Shown here: positions 33,386 through 43,514 of the stretch, piece by piece
How positions within the stretch are numbered: the first letter of the stretch is position 1
Layout: every line of letters starts with the position of its first letter
Assembly (NCBI GenBank): GCA_965223505.1
Contig: CBDCWP010000011.1
Coordinates: 39,077 to 103,076, forward strand
DNA: 64,000 nucleotides
DNA from: Planctomycetota bacterium
GTDB lineage: Bacteria; Planctomycetota; PLA2; JAEUHO01
Direction: 5' to 3'
Program-made: the position numbers and the translations under genes
The notes under the pieces: model-generated
The model's database searches: none
What the model was told of the DNA's origin: nothing
Seen by the model: only the letters and a program-made list of their open reading frames with translations

Positions 33386-34075
33386 CTAGGTCTCCGAGGC
33401 CCCGTGCTTCTCCCACGCCTCCATAACCTGGCGATGGCTGCGGACGTTGGTCAGCGTGGACTCGCGGTACTGCGCGGGCGCGTGATCGACCCAGAACATG
33501 AGCAGATCGTGGGCCGCACACAGGTGCTGGTTTTCGCCGGTGGCCCGGTGGAGCAGCAAGTGGACCCTCATTCGCTGAAGGTGCCCCAAGCGGGCTTCGT
33601 GGGCTGAAACGGCGTCGATCGCGGCTACGGGGTCCGCATTGGGGAGTTGCGCGAGGTGACAGGTGGCGAGCACGAACGACTCATACGCGCCCGTTTCCCG
33701 GGCAACTTCCTGTGCTTCCCTGAAGTGTCGGGTGCCCTCCTCGGGGCGTCCCGTCCGGGTCAGCAGCGCACCGAGGAAGACGAGCGTCGTGGCGAGCCCG
33801 CTTCCGTAGTCGAGATCGCGTCGCAAGTCGAGGGCCGCAAGGTAGTACCGTTCGGCTTCCGAAGGATCGTCGACGTTCTCTGAGACGACACCAAGGCCTT
33901 CCAGCGCGTATCCCTCGACGCGGCGCGCGCCGATCTCGCGGGAAAGGTCGCGCGTTGAAAGGAACATGTCGCGCGCCGACTCTAGCCCACCGAGCGATAC
34001 CAGGCAGCCGCCGCGATTCACCAGTGCGATGGCCTCCGTGCTGCGGCTCCCGATCTCTCGAGCCATCGCGAGGTT
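33386..34075 (-). pseudogene. C-terminal TPR fragment of a larger protein (5' truncated)
   Basis: Begins mid-repeat (LAMAREIGSRSTEAIALVNRG, SREIGARRVEGYAL); upstream in-frame sequence is not TPR-like. Confidence 0.6.
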
Positions 34076-34193
34076 GGGCGGCCTCTCCGGGTGGGTCGGT
34101 ATCGGGCATTTGAAGCGGACCACGGGTCACCGGGCTTCGAGCTGCCACGGGCCCGCCGCCCACGAGAGACGGTGAGAAGGAGAGGGCATTCGG

Positions 34194-35672
34194 ATGACAA
34201 CCAGATGCGTGATGGCGGCGCTGCTCGGTGCCGTTCTCGTCCTCGTAACGTCTCCCAGTCGGGTCTGTGCTTCCGGGCAGCAGGTGCGGTTCGCCTTCGT
34301 CGCGCCCGAGGAGAAGCTTGGTGACCGTCTAGGGCAGGAGAGCTACGAGAGTCGCGACTTCCCCGACGGATTCCGTGGTGTCTGGATCACGCCGGGAAAC
34401 GAGAAAGCGTTCCTGGCGCTTGCCCCGCCGAACCTGGCGCGTACGTTCCGCGAGATGCAGCCCGGTCAAACGCTGCGTCGTTGGGTCGACGAGGTGCTCG
34501 CGATCACTGGGGGCAGCGTCGACGTCGACTACCACTTGGTGGACGATCGCACGTCGCTCACCGTGGATCGTGACCCGGGCATCTACGTCACCGATCGACT
34601 CAGCGGGAACCTGGCGGTGTGGCCCGCCACGTGGACCTGGCCCAAGGGCGCACGTCACCGCGCCCTCGTGACCCTGGGGGAGCGTGCCTCCGGTCACATC
34701 CAGAAGGAGCCGGGCCAGTGGCTCGCTTGGCAAGGCGCGATCGTGCACGAGACGGCACATACGCTATTCGTGCACGCCCGCCCTAGGGCACCGATCCTCA
34801 CGGCGCACTACGCGGGGTACCCACGCGACCCCGAAGACCCGTCCAAGTGGGGCCTCATCGAGTTGTGGGACGACCCCGACACGGCGTTCGAGATGGCGGT
34901 CTGCAAGTGGTTCGGTCGCAAGAACAACCCCGCTGCCCTCGACGCAGTCGAGACCTACTTCGAGCGGCGTGACGTCCGCTACGTCGTTGCGGAGGGGTCT
35001 ACCCTCGCGGCTTCGATCGCTGGGGCCCTGAAGCACGCCAGCAAGACGGTGGTACGGGGGCCCGGCATGCTCGGCCCTCATCGGCTTCTTACCCCCAGCA
35101 AGAACTTCGGCCCGTTTCTCATCCATTCCGACGATCTGTGGTACCAGTTCCTCGATTGCATGAAGCGGTACACATTCACACCAAAGCGACCGAAGATGGG
35201 TGACTGGATCATCCAACAGATCCTCGAGGAGGTTCGCAAGGCGAGGGAGAAGCGAGGGACCACCGTGTTCTCCCCGCGCCAGCAGGACCTCGCTTCTGCG
35301 ATTCACGTAGCGGCGAAGGAACTGGAAGAACTCGCTTGGCCGAACGGAGGCGCTGACAGGGCGGCCCTCGGGGCAACCTCCAGCATCTTCCCGCTTGCCA
35401 TCGTGGACCTGCTGACGTGGTTCAGGTACGGCCGGCAGGAGTTCCTGCCCTTGATCGTGCCTCGGGGCAACATTCAGCTACCTCTCGCCTACGAGCGATA
35501 CTGGCAGTTCCGTGCCAAGGTGAAGGAGCTCGCCCGTCCCGCGGGTCCGACGAGTGGGATTGGGGGGTTCTTCCTGTTCTCGCGCACAAGATCCTGGTTC
35601 CTGAAGGCCGTCAAGCAGATACGCGCGTACTGCCTGACGGGGGACACGATTCTCAGGCGCAAGCCCAAGTGA
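34194..35672 (+). CDS. secreted hypothetical protein with HExxH motif
   Basis: Signal peptide; AIVHETAHTLF; AGGAG RBS. Confidence 0.6.
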   Translation: MTTRCVMAALLGAVLVLVTSPSRVCASGQQVRFAFVAPEEKLGDRLGQESYESRDFPDGFRGVWITPGNEKAFLALAPPNLARTFREMQPGQTLRRWVDEVLAITGGSVDVDYHLVDDRTSLTVDRDPGIYVTDRLSGNLAVWPATWTWPKGARHRALVTLGERASGHIQKEPGQWLAWQGAIVHETAHTLFVHARPRAPILTAHYAGYPRDPEDPSKWGLIELWDDPDTAFEMAVCKWFGRKNNPAALDAVETYFERRDVRYVVAEGSTLAASIAGALKHASKTVVRGPGMLGPHRLLTPSKNFGPFLIHSDDLWYQFLDCMKRYTFTPKRPKMGDWIIQQILEEVRKAREKRGTTVFSPRQQDLASAIHVAAKELEELAWPNGGADRAALGATSSIFPLAIVDLLTWFRYGRQEFLPLIVPRGNIQLPLAYERYWQFRAKVKELARPAGPTSGIGGFFLFSRTRSWFLKAVKQIRAYCLTGDTILRRKPK

Positions 35673-35901
35673 CGCGGAGAGGCGCGAGCGGATGAGCGCC
35701 TACGGGATGCCCTCAAGGACGTGATCGTCGGCATCGAGGCGCGTGAGGACGGCTCGTATTCGTTGCTTGTGGGCGAGGGGCCGCTGGGCACCGACGACCT
35801 CGCACTCATCCCGTCGCCAGTGAGCGAAGACCGCGACGAGGCGGCGCGCATCCCTGAGAGACATACGTCCCCTGGCCATCCCTCAGGACCGACCCAGGGG
35901 G

Positions 35902-35972
35902 TCGCGGATATGTGTGGTCGGGGCGACCCGAGTCGATACATATACGCGACCCGTGCTGACGGCGGTGAGGCT
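35902..35972 (+). repeat. att-like scar, copy 2, containing 14 bp identical to the tRNA-Pro 3' end
   Basis: GTGGTCGGGGCGAC at 35914-35927 equals 51889-51902. Confidence 0.7.
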
Positions 35973-36086
35973 CCCCGTCCAAGCCTAGACGTGTCGACGA
36001 CTTGGCGAGGACCTCACCTGACTCCGCACACGCAAGCCGTGCCCCACAGCTGACCGTGATCAAGCGCGGCAGACTAGAATCGAACC

Positions 36087-36755
36087 GTGCAGGAGCATGG
36101 GACCCGCTGGACCGTCATCCGGGGGGCTGCAGAGGGCAGCACTCGGGATCGAGAGGCCTTCGCCCGGCTGTACCTGCCCCTCGCGCGCAACTACCTGGCA
36201 GCGCGCTGGCGCCAGAGCCCGCTGCAGCAGGAGATCGACGACGCGGTCCAGGAGGTCTTCGTCGACTGCTTCAAGGACGACGGTGCCCTGGAGCGGGCCG
36301 ACCCCGGGCTCTCCTTCCGCTCCTTCTTCTACGGCGTGATCCGGATGGTCGCGCTGCGCCACGAGGACCGGCGCCGTCGCCGGAGGCGCGAACGACAGCC
36401 CGAGACCGCCTTCGACAACGAGGCGGACGAGCCCTCCCTGGCCGCCGTGTTCGACCGCGCGTGGGCGCAGAGCCTCATGGAGCAGGCGGCGGCGCGGCAG
36501 CGTGAGCGAGCAGAGAGATCCACGGAGGATGCCCGCAGGCGCGTCGAACTGCTGCGTCTCCGGTTCGAGGAGGACCTGCCCATCCGGCAGATCGCAGCAC
36601 TGTGGGGCCTGGAGGCCGCGTTCGTCCATCGCGAGTACGCCAAGGCCCGCCGCGAGTTCCACGAGGCGCTGCGCGATGTCGTTGCCCTGTACCACGCGGG
36701 AGCGCCGGTTCAGATCGACGCCGAATGCCAACGACTGATCGGTTTCCTCGAATAG
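36087..36755 (+). CDS. ECF RNA polymerase sigma factor
   Basis: TRWTVIRGA, DDAVQEVF, SFRSFFYGV, FDRAWA, LRLRFEEDLPIRQIA. Confidence 0.85.
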   Translation: MQEHGTRWTVIRGAAEGSTRDREAFARLYLPLARNYLAARWRQSPLQQEIDDAVQEVFVDCFKDDGALERADPGLSFRSFFYGVIRMVALRHEDRRRRRRRERQPETAFDNEADEPSLAAVFDRAWAQSLMEQAAARQRERAERSTEDARRRVELLRLRFEEDLPIRQIAALWGLEAAFVHREYAKARREFHEALRDVVALYHAGAPVQIDAECQRLIGFLE

Positions 36756-36800
36756 ACCCTGCGAAAACGGCCGCTCGGTGGGACCTGGGTTGGAGGCGTC

Positions 36801-39800
36801 ATGACGGAGCACGACCAAGGGAGCCCCGAGGCCCCCGAGAACCTCGAGATCGGCATGCGGGCTGGCTTCCGCGGCGCGGGCCGTCGCACCCCTGCGACGG
36901 CGTGCGAAGAGCGGACCGGCGATCGAATCGGGCGCTACAAGCTGCTCCAGTCCATCGGGGAGGGCGGGATGGGCAGCGTCTGGATGGCGGAGCAGCTCGA
37001 ACCCGTTCGCCGGAAGGTGGCGCTGAAGGTCATCAAGGTCGGCATGGACTCGAAGCAGGTCGTCGCCCGGTTCGAGGCGGAGCGGCAGGCGCTTGCCCTG
37101 ATGGACCACCCGAACATCGCGAAGATCCTCGACGGGGGGACCACCGATCGAGGCCGGCCCTACTTCGTCATGGAGCTCGTCAAGGGCGTCCCAATCACCG
37201 AGTTCTGCGATACCTCGAGGCTTGATGTCTCCCAGCGGCTCGAGCTCTTCCGGCATGTCTGCAGCGCCGTCCAGCACGCCCACCAGAAGGGCGTCATCCA
37301 CCGCGACGTCAAGCCTTCGAACGTCTTTGTCACCTTGCACGACGGTGTGCCGGTGCCCAAGGTCATCGACTTCGGAATCGCCAAGGCCACCAGCGCGGAG
37401 CTCACGCAGAAGACGCTCTTCACCGAGTACCGGCAATTGATCGGAACCCCGGAGTACATGGCACCCGAGCAGGCGGAGATGTCCGGCCTCGACATCGACA
37501 CGCGGGCGGACGTCTACAGCCTGGGCGTGCTGCTTTACGAGTTGCTGACCGGCTCGACACCCTTCGACATGAAGGCCGCGCTCTCCCAGGGGTTCGGCGA
37601 GCTCCTTCGCACGATCCGCGAGGAGGAGCCCCAGCGGCCCTCCACCCGCACCTCGGCCGTCGACGAGACGACGACCCGCATCGCCATGCAGCGTGGCGTC
37701 GAGCCCGGGAAGCTCAGCGGCGTCTTGCGCGGTGACCTCGACTGGATCGTGCTGCGCGCGCTGGAGAAGGACCGCGGACGACGCTACGAGACGGCCGACG
37801 CGATGGGTGTGGACATCGGCCGATACCTGTCCGGCGAGCCGGTCAGCGCCGTGCCGCCGAGCCTTGCCTACCGTCTCCGCAAATTCGCGCGGCGACACCG
37901 CGGGGCGGTCGTGGCTGCGGCCATCTTCGTCGCAGTCCTGCTCCTGGGCATCGCGGGCACGACCTGGGGCCTGATTCGCGCTCTCGACGCCGAGTCCGTG
38001 GCCGGAATCCGGCGAGAGGAGTCCGAGGCGCGTGCCCGAGCCGAGCGGCGACTTGCCCAGCGGCTACGGGCCGAGGCGTTGGCCGCCGCCGCCGCGGAGT
38101 CGGTCGACGCGGATCCGCAACTGGCCATGCTCCTGGCCCGCGACTCGATCCGCGTGGAGCAGACGGCGCGCGGCGTGTCGTCCCTCTACCGGGCGCTGGC
38201 CATGTCCCACGAACAGAATGTGCTCCGGGGGCACGCCGGCGGCGTACTGAACGCGTCGTACTCCCCCGACGGGACGCGTATCCTGACCACCGGGCGGGAC
38301 CGCACCGCACGCCTCTGGGACCAGAGCGGCACGCAACTCGCCGTGCTGCGGACAGCGGCGGCGCACGTGGATGCGGTCTTCTCGCCCGATGGCACTCGGG
38401 TCGCTACGACGCCCGCCAGCTATCAGGGCGGCACGGTGCAAATCTGGACTTCGGCGGGAGAGCACGTCGCAGACCTCGATGAACACGACACTCCGGTGCG
38501 TGCGATCTTCTCGCCCGACGGGAGGGGGCTCCTCACAGCCGCCTGGGACGGCACGGTCCGGCTCTGGGACCACCAAGGGAAGCAGCTCCACGCGTTCAGG
38601 AAGATCCCGTCGGGTACCCAGGATGCATCGTTCTCGCGGGACGGTTCCAGGGTCCTCCTGGCCGACCGGAAGGGTGTCGTCCGGGTCTTCGACCTGAGCG
38701 CGGCCGAACTCGCAAGCTTCCGTGTGCCCGAGACCACCCTTCAGGTGCGCTTCACGCCGGATGGGGCGCGGATCGTGACCGCCGGGCGTAGCGGTGTCGT
38801 GCGCATCCTCGACCTCGACGGCACGGAGCGCCGCGTGGTGCGTGCGCACGCCGCATGGATCAACGCCCTGGTGTTCTCGCCCGACGGCTCCAGCTTCGTC
38901 ACGGTTTCGCGGGATCGGACCGGTGCGCGGTGGGACCTCGATGGCAACCGGCTCGCGACCCTAGCCGGGCACGGGGACGGCTGGGCGAAGGGGTTCAGCG
39001 GGGCCGCATTCTCGCCTGACGGATCGAGGATCGTGACCTGCGGGCATCGGACCGCTCGCATCTGGAGCTTGGAAGGCACGCAACGCGTCGTGCTGCGCGG
39101 CCACGCAGATTTCGTTGGCAGTGCGGTGTTCTCACCTGACGGATCCACGGTGCTCACGGCTTCGAGCGACGGCACAGCCCGCCTGTGGCGCCTCACGGGC
39201 GAGGGCCTGCCGATTCCCCGCGCTCACAAGGCGCCGATCAAGGCAGTCGCCTACTCGCCCGACGGCTCGTTCCTGGCGACTGCGGCCTTTCCCGTGGGGC
39301 GCTCCCCGAAGGAGAAGGGGACGGTCCATCTCTGGACGGGCGATGGACGTCGACGCATTGCCACGCTCGCGGGGCACGAACGGGCCGTGCAGGACCTGGT
39401 CTTCGCGCCCGACGGGCGCCGATTCGCGACAGCTTCCTTCGATGACACGGCTCGGATCTGGAGCGTGGCCGGGGAGTCGCTCGCCGTCTTGCGCCATGCC
39501 GGCGTCAACCGCGTTCGGTTCTCGCCCGACGGCTCGACCGTGCTGACGGCATCGTCAAGTGGAGTGGTGCGACTCTGGGGCCTGGACGGGACAGAGCGTC
39601 TGACGATAGGCGAAGGCGAAGAGGGCAGGGCCCGCCTCTCGCAGGATGGCAGGCGCATCCTCGTTGCCTCGGGCGATCGAACCATGCGTCTGTTGGATTG
39701 GGCCGGCGAGGAACGGCTCGTGGTCCACCGGCCGAGCAAGGGGGGCGAGTGGTTCTGCTCCGCGCCCGATGGGTCGCGCTTCCTGACGACGCAGGGCGGG

Positions 39801-40295
39801 CGGATGTTCGTCTGGGACCGGTCGGGTCGAACGGTGGCTGAGGTGGAAGGGCATCAGGGACAGATCACGAGTTGCCGGTTCTCCGCGGACGGCACCAAGA
39901 TCCTGACCGCCTCTACCGATCGGACGGCGCGCCTGTGGAGTCTCGATGATGGCGAGGTCGTGGTCATGCGTGGACATGAGGATCTTGTCAGCTACGCCCG
40001 CTTCACGGCCGACGGCACGCAGATCCTGACGGCTGGGTACGACGGCATGGTCCGTTGGTGGGATCTCGAGGGACGGGAGCTAGGCTCCGTCGGGACCGCC
40101 GGCGGCATCCTCCGTTTCGCCCTCTCACCGGATGGGGCCCGCATCGCGGTTGGTTACGGCAACGGGACCCTCGCCATCTGGCCCATCCACCTGGACGATG
40201 CAATGCGCTTGGCGCAGCGCCGTCTCACGAGGGACTACACCGCCGGCGAACGTGAACAGTACGCGGCGCTGCTCGGCGCAGCGGCGAAGCTCTGA
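36801..40295 (+). CDS. Ser/Thr kinase with TM helix and WD40 repeats
   Basis: [34 protein letters not shown]; many GH...FSPDG...TAS.D.TARLW repeats. Confidence 0.95.
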   Translation: MTEHDQGSPEAPENLEIGMRAGFRGAGRRTPATACEERTGDRIGRYKLLQSIGEGGMGSVWMAEQLEPVRRKVALKVIKVGMDSKQVVARFEAERQALALMDHPNIAKILDGGTTDRGRPYFVMELVKGVPITEFCDTSRLDVSQRLELFRHVCSAVQHAHQKGVIHRDVKPSNVFVTLHDGVPVPKVIDFGIAKATSAELTQKTLFTEYRQLIGTPEYMAPEQAEMSGLDIDTRADVYSLGVLLYELLTGSTPFDMKAALSQGFGELLRTIREEEPQRPSTRTSAVDETTTRIAMQRGVEPGKLSGVLRGDLDWIVLRALEKDRGRRYETADAMGVDIGRYLSGEPVSAVPPSLAYRLRKFARRHRGAVVAAAIFVAVLLLGIAGTTWGLIRALDAESVAGIRREESEARARAERRLAQRLRAEALAAAAAESVDADPQLAMLLARDSIRVEQTARGVSSLYRALAMSHEQNVLRGHAGGVLNASYSPDGTRILTTGRDRTARLWDQSGTQLAVLRTAAAHVDAVFSPDGTRVATTPASYQGGTVQIWTSAGEHVADLDEHDTPVRAIFSPDGRGLLTAAWDGTVRLWDHQGKQLHAFRKIPSGTQDASFSRDGSRVLLADRKGVVRVFDLSAAELASFRVPETTLQVRFTPDGARIVTAGRSGVVRILDLDGTERRVVRAHAAWINALVFSPDGSSFVTVSRDRTGARWDLDGNRLATLAGHGDGWAKGFSGAAFSPDGSRIVTCGHRTARIWSLEGTQRVVLRGHADFVGSAVFSPDGSTVLTASSDGTARLWRLTGEGLPIPRAHKAPIKAVAYSPDGSFLATAAFPVGRSPKEKGTVHLWTGDGRRRIATLAGHERAVQDLVFAPDGRRFATASFDDTARIWSVAGESLAVLRHAGVNRVRFSPDGSTVLTASSSGVVRLWGLDGTERLTIGEGEEGRARLSQDGRRILVASGDRTMRLLDWAGEERLVVHRPSKGGEWFCSAPDGSRFLTTQGGRMFVWDRSGRTVAEVEGHQGQITSCRFSADGTKILTASTDRTARLWSLDDGEVVVMRGHEDLVSYARFTADGTQILTAGYDGMVRWWDLEGRELGSVGTAGGILRFALSPDGARIAVGYGNGTLAIWPIHLDDAMRLAQRRLTRDYTAGEREQYAALLGAAAKL

Positions 40296-40432
40296 GATTG
40301 AGTGCTCCCCGCCCGGTCCCCGGCGTTGGGGGGCAGCGGCTGACGACCCGGGCAACGGAGGGCGGTGAAGATCAGCGTCTGACTTCAGGCGAGAAGCCGA
40401 AACGTACGAACTCGGTCTTGACTCCGTACGTC

Positions 40433-42562
40433 TTACCGGGTCTCCCAGGCCACGGACACGTGGAAGGTGTCGGCGCCGGTGGCGAAGGGGCTTCCCGGAA
40501 CGGCGCTCAGGGCGCCGGCAGGATCGACAGTGAACACAGAGACCTCGGCCGAGGTGCTGCTGGCAACGCAGAGAAAGCGGCCTGAGTAGTCGAGGACGAC
40601 GGCCTCCAGTCCCGTGCTCCCCGTTGGGAAGGGGCTGCCCGCAATCTCGGCGAGTGCGCCGGTTGCGCCGTCGATCGCGAAGACGGTGACCGTGTCGTTG
40701 CTGGTGTTGCCCGCGAACAGGAAGCGTCCGTAGGGGTCGGCTGCGAGGCTCTTGGGAGACGGAGCGTCGGTGAAGGGACTGCCCGGCAGGGTGCTGAGCG
40801 CCCCCGAGCCGACGTTGATCGAGAACCCCGAGATGTTGGACGCGTTGAGGCTTGCGGCGTACAGGAAGCGACCGCTGCCGTCGGCCACGATGGACACCGG
40901 CAGCATCGCCGTGGGGAAGGGGCTCCCGGCCACCGCGGCCAGTGCCCCCGTCGTGGCGTCCACCGCATACGCGCTGAGATCATGGGAGTCGAAGTTGGCG
41001 GCGTACAGCCAGCCGCCCGCAGGCGTCACGGCGATGGAGACGGGAGTCCCACCGGCGGAGAACGGGCTGCCCGCGACGGCCGCGAGGGAACCCGTCGTCT
41101 GGTTGATGGTGTACGCCGACAGGTCGTCGGAATCGGAGTTGGACGCGTACAGGAAGCGGCCCGCGGGATGACGGGCCAGCCAGGTCGGGGCGATGCCCGA
41201 CGCAAAGGGACTCCCCGCCACCGCGGTGAGCACGCCCGTCGACGGATCGATGGCGTACGCCGAGACGGAATCGGAGTCGAGATTCGCGGCGTACCCGAAG
41301 GCTCCGGCGGACAAGGCGATGGGGTAGTTGCCCGCCGCGAACGGGTTCCCCGGAGCCGGCGTGAGCGCACCCGTCGCTGGGGAGACCGTGAACGCGGAGA
41401 CGGCGTTCGACGACGCGTTGGCCACCAGGGCAACCGTGGGATCGTGGATCACGGGCGACGTCCCGCTGGCGAGGCCCGATGCCCGCGGAGAGCCGAGGGT
41501 GACGTTGGTGCCGATGCGCGCTAGCGCTCCGGTTGTCTGGTCGATGCTGTAGGTCGCCACGGTGTTCGGCCCCGTGTTCACCACGTGCAGGAACTCGCCC
41601 GCCGGATCGGTGAGGAGCGAGTGGGGCAGGGGATCGCCTGCGAAGGGGCTTCCCGCGACGGCTGCGAGGGCGCCGGTCACGGGGTCGATGTCGTACACCG
41701 ACACGCCGCCGGGGATGGTGCTGGCCACAAACGCGAAGCGCCCGGGCGGGTCGATCGCGATGCCTTTGGGGAGCATGCCGGACGCAAACGGGCTTCCCGC
41801 GATGGCAGTGAGTGCTCCGGTGGCGGTGTCGATCGTGAAGGCCGAGACGTCGTTCGAGCCCTCGTTGGTCGCATAGAGGAACTTGCCGTTCGGATGGACG
41901 AGGAGCCAGACAGGATCGGTCCCCACAGCGTATGGGCCGCCTGGGATGGTCGTGAGTGTGCCGGTGCCGGCGTCGATGGAGTACGCCCATACGTCGGCGG
42001 AGTCATAGTTGGCCACGAAGGCGAAGCCGCCGGCGGGATGGACGGCGATGGCCCACGGGGTGCTTCCACAGGCGAACGGGCTGCCGGGCGCTGGGGCGAG
42101 CACCCCCGTCGTGGCGTCGATCGAGAAGACGGATACGTCGTTGGATACGCCGTTCGCAACGAACAGGAACCGACCCGCGGGGCCGACGGCGACGGAACGG
42201 GGCTGGACGCCCACCGCGAACGGACTGCCCGCCACCTCCTCGGGCCTCCCCGTCATGGGGTCGATGCGGTAGGCGGAGACGCTGTGGGAGAAGAGGTTCG
42301 CTGCGGCGAGGAAGGTCCCGCTCGGGTCGACCGCGATCGAGATCGGCAGGCCTTGGCAGAGCACGTCGCCGTTGGCCCGAAGTCGCCCCAGCGCGGGGTC
42401 GAAGCTGTAGGACGAGATGACGTTGGAACCGTTGCCCACGTAGAGGAATCGCGACACGAGGGGAGGGGACATGCCCCCGCCGGTACCGCCTCCGCCTCCG
42501 CAGGCCGGCACGATCACCGCGAGGAGGAAGACTCGCAGGACTCGCCAGGCGACTCGGCCCAT
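40433..42562 (-). CDS. lactonase-family (6-phosphogluconolactonase-like) double beta-propeller lipoprotein
   Basis: Lipobox VPAC; about 14 repeats of P.GRFLYAAN..S.DVSAY.ID.TTGAL..VAGSPF. Confidence 0.85.
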   Translation of the reverse strand: MGRVAWRVLRVFLLAVIVPACGGGGGTGGGMSPPLVSRFLYVGNGSNVISSYSFDPALGRLRANGDVLCQGLPISIAVDPSGTFLAAANLFSHSVSAYRIDPMTGRPEEVAGSPFAVGVQPRSVAVGPAGRFLFVANGVSNDVSVFSIDATTGVLAPAPGSPFACGSTPWAIAVHPAGGFAFVANYDSADVWAYSIDAGTGTLTTIPGGPYAVGTDPVWLLVHPNGKFLYATNEGSNDVSAFTIDTATGALTAIAGSPFASGMLPKGIAIDPPGRFAFVASTIPGGVSVYDIDPVTGALAAVAGSPFAGDPLPHSLLTDPAGEFLHVVNTGPNTVATYSIDQTTGALARIGTNVTLGSPRASGLASGTSPVIHDPTVALVANASSNAVSAFTVSPATGALTPAPGNPFAAGNYPIALSAGAFGYAANLDSDSVSAYAIDPSTGVLTAVAGSPFASGIAPTWLARHPAGRFLYASNSDSDDLSAYTINQTTGSLAAVAGSPFSAGGTPVSIAVTPAGGWLYAANFDSHDLSAYAVDATTGALAAVAGSPFPTAMLPVSIVADGSGRFLYAASLNASNISGFSINVGSGALSTLPGSPFTDAPSPKSLAADPYGRFLFAGNTSNDTVTVFAIDGATGALAEIAGSPFPTGSTGLEAVVLDYSGRFLCVASSTSAEVSVFTVDPAGALSAVPGSPFATGADTFHVSVAWETR

Positions 42563-42891
42563 CGCACCCTCCTCCAGGCTCCGAGTAGAGCTGCGCCGGA
42601 CGGACCGACTCTACCGTTTTGATCTAGCCATTTGAACCCCCGGCAGATCCCGCGGAGCCGATGGTCACGATCGTCTGTGCGTCGGGCGACGGGTTGCCAT
42701 GGTGTGTTCATGGCCCTGGGTACGGCGCCCGCCGCGGCGGCGAGGACGATGAGGAGCGGGCGTACCACGGGGTCGGTTGTCCCCCGCGCGCGCACGGGCC
42801 GCTAGCGGGGAACCCGGGTGGCGCGGTTGCCCGCGAGCCGAGCCGACACGTAGACTGGATCGGGTGCCGGTGTCGGGGGGATGGAGGTGCG

Positions 42892-43461
42892 ATGAGCGAT
42901 GTCACCCGGATCCTGGCCGAGGTCCAGCGCGGGGACCGGCAGGCGTCCGAGGACCTGCTGCCCCTCGTCTACGACGAGCTGCGCCAGCTGGCGGCGGCCT
43001 GGCTGGCACGGGAGCGACCGGGCCACACGCTGCAGCCCACGGCCCTGGTGCACGAGGCGTGGACGCGTCTCGTGGGCGCCGAGGGTGACGACGGCTGGGA
43101 CGGTCGCGGCCACTTCTTCGCCGCGGCGGCGGAGTCGATGCGGCGGATCCTCGTGGAGCATGCGCGCGCCCGTGGACGGCAGAAGCGCGGTGGCGGCTGG
43201 CGCCGCCGTCCGGAGGCCGCCCTCAACGCGATCGACGGCGGCGATCTGGCCGACGCGGACGAGATCCTCGATGTGGACGATGCACTCGAAGGCCTCGCGC
43301 AGGTGAGCCCGGAGGCCGAGCAGGTGGTGAAGCTGCGCTACTTCGCGGGGTTCACGAACCGGCAGGCGGCCGGGCTCATGGGCATCTCCTCCCGCAAGGC
43401 GGACCAGCTCTGGGCCTACGCCCGTGCCTGGCTCCTGGAAGCGATCGGAGACGGCGACTGA
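42892..43461 (+). CDS. ECF sigma factor (TIGR02999-type)
   Basis: MSDVTRIL, LLPLVYDELRQLA, HTLQPTALVHEAW, FFAAAAESMRRILVEHAR, VKLRYFAG. Confidence 0.92.
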   Translation: MSDVTRILAEVQRGDRQASEDLLPLVYDELRQLAAAWLARERPGHTLQPTALVHEAWTRLVGAEGDDGWDGRGHFFAAAAESMRRILVEHARARGRQKRGGGWRRRPEAALNAIDGGDLADADEILDVDDALEGLAQVSPEAEQVVKLRYFAGFTNRQAAGLMGISSRKADQLWAYARAWLLEAIGDGD

Positions 43462-43514
43462 AATCCGTGCGCATCGCGGGCACGGATGGCGCATGGAAGA
43501 GCAGGACCGACCCG

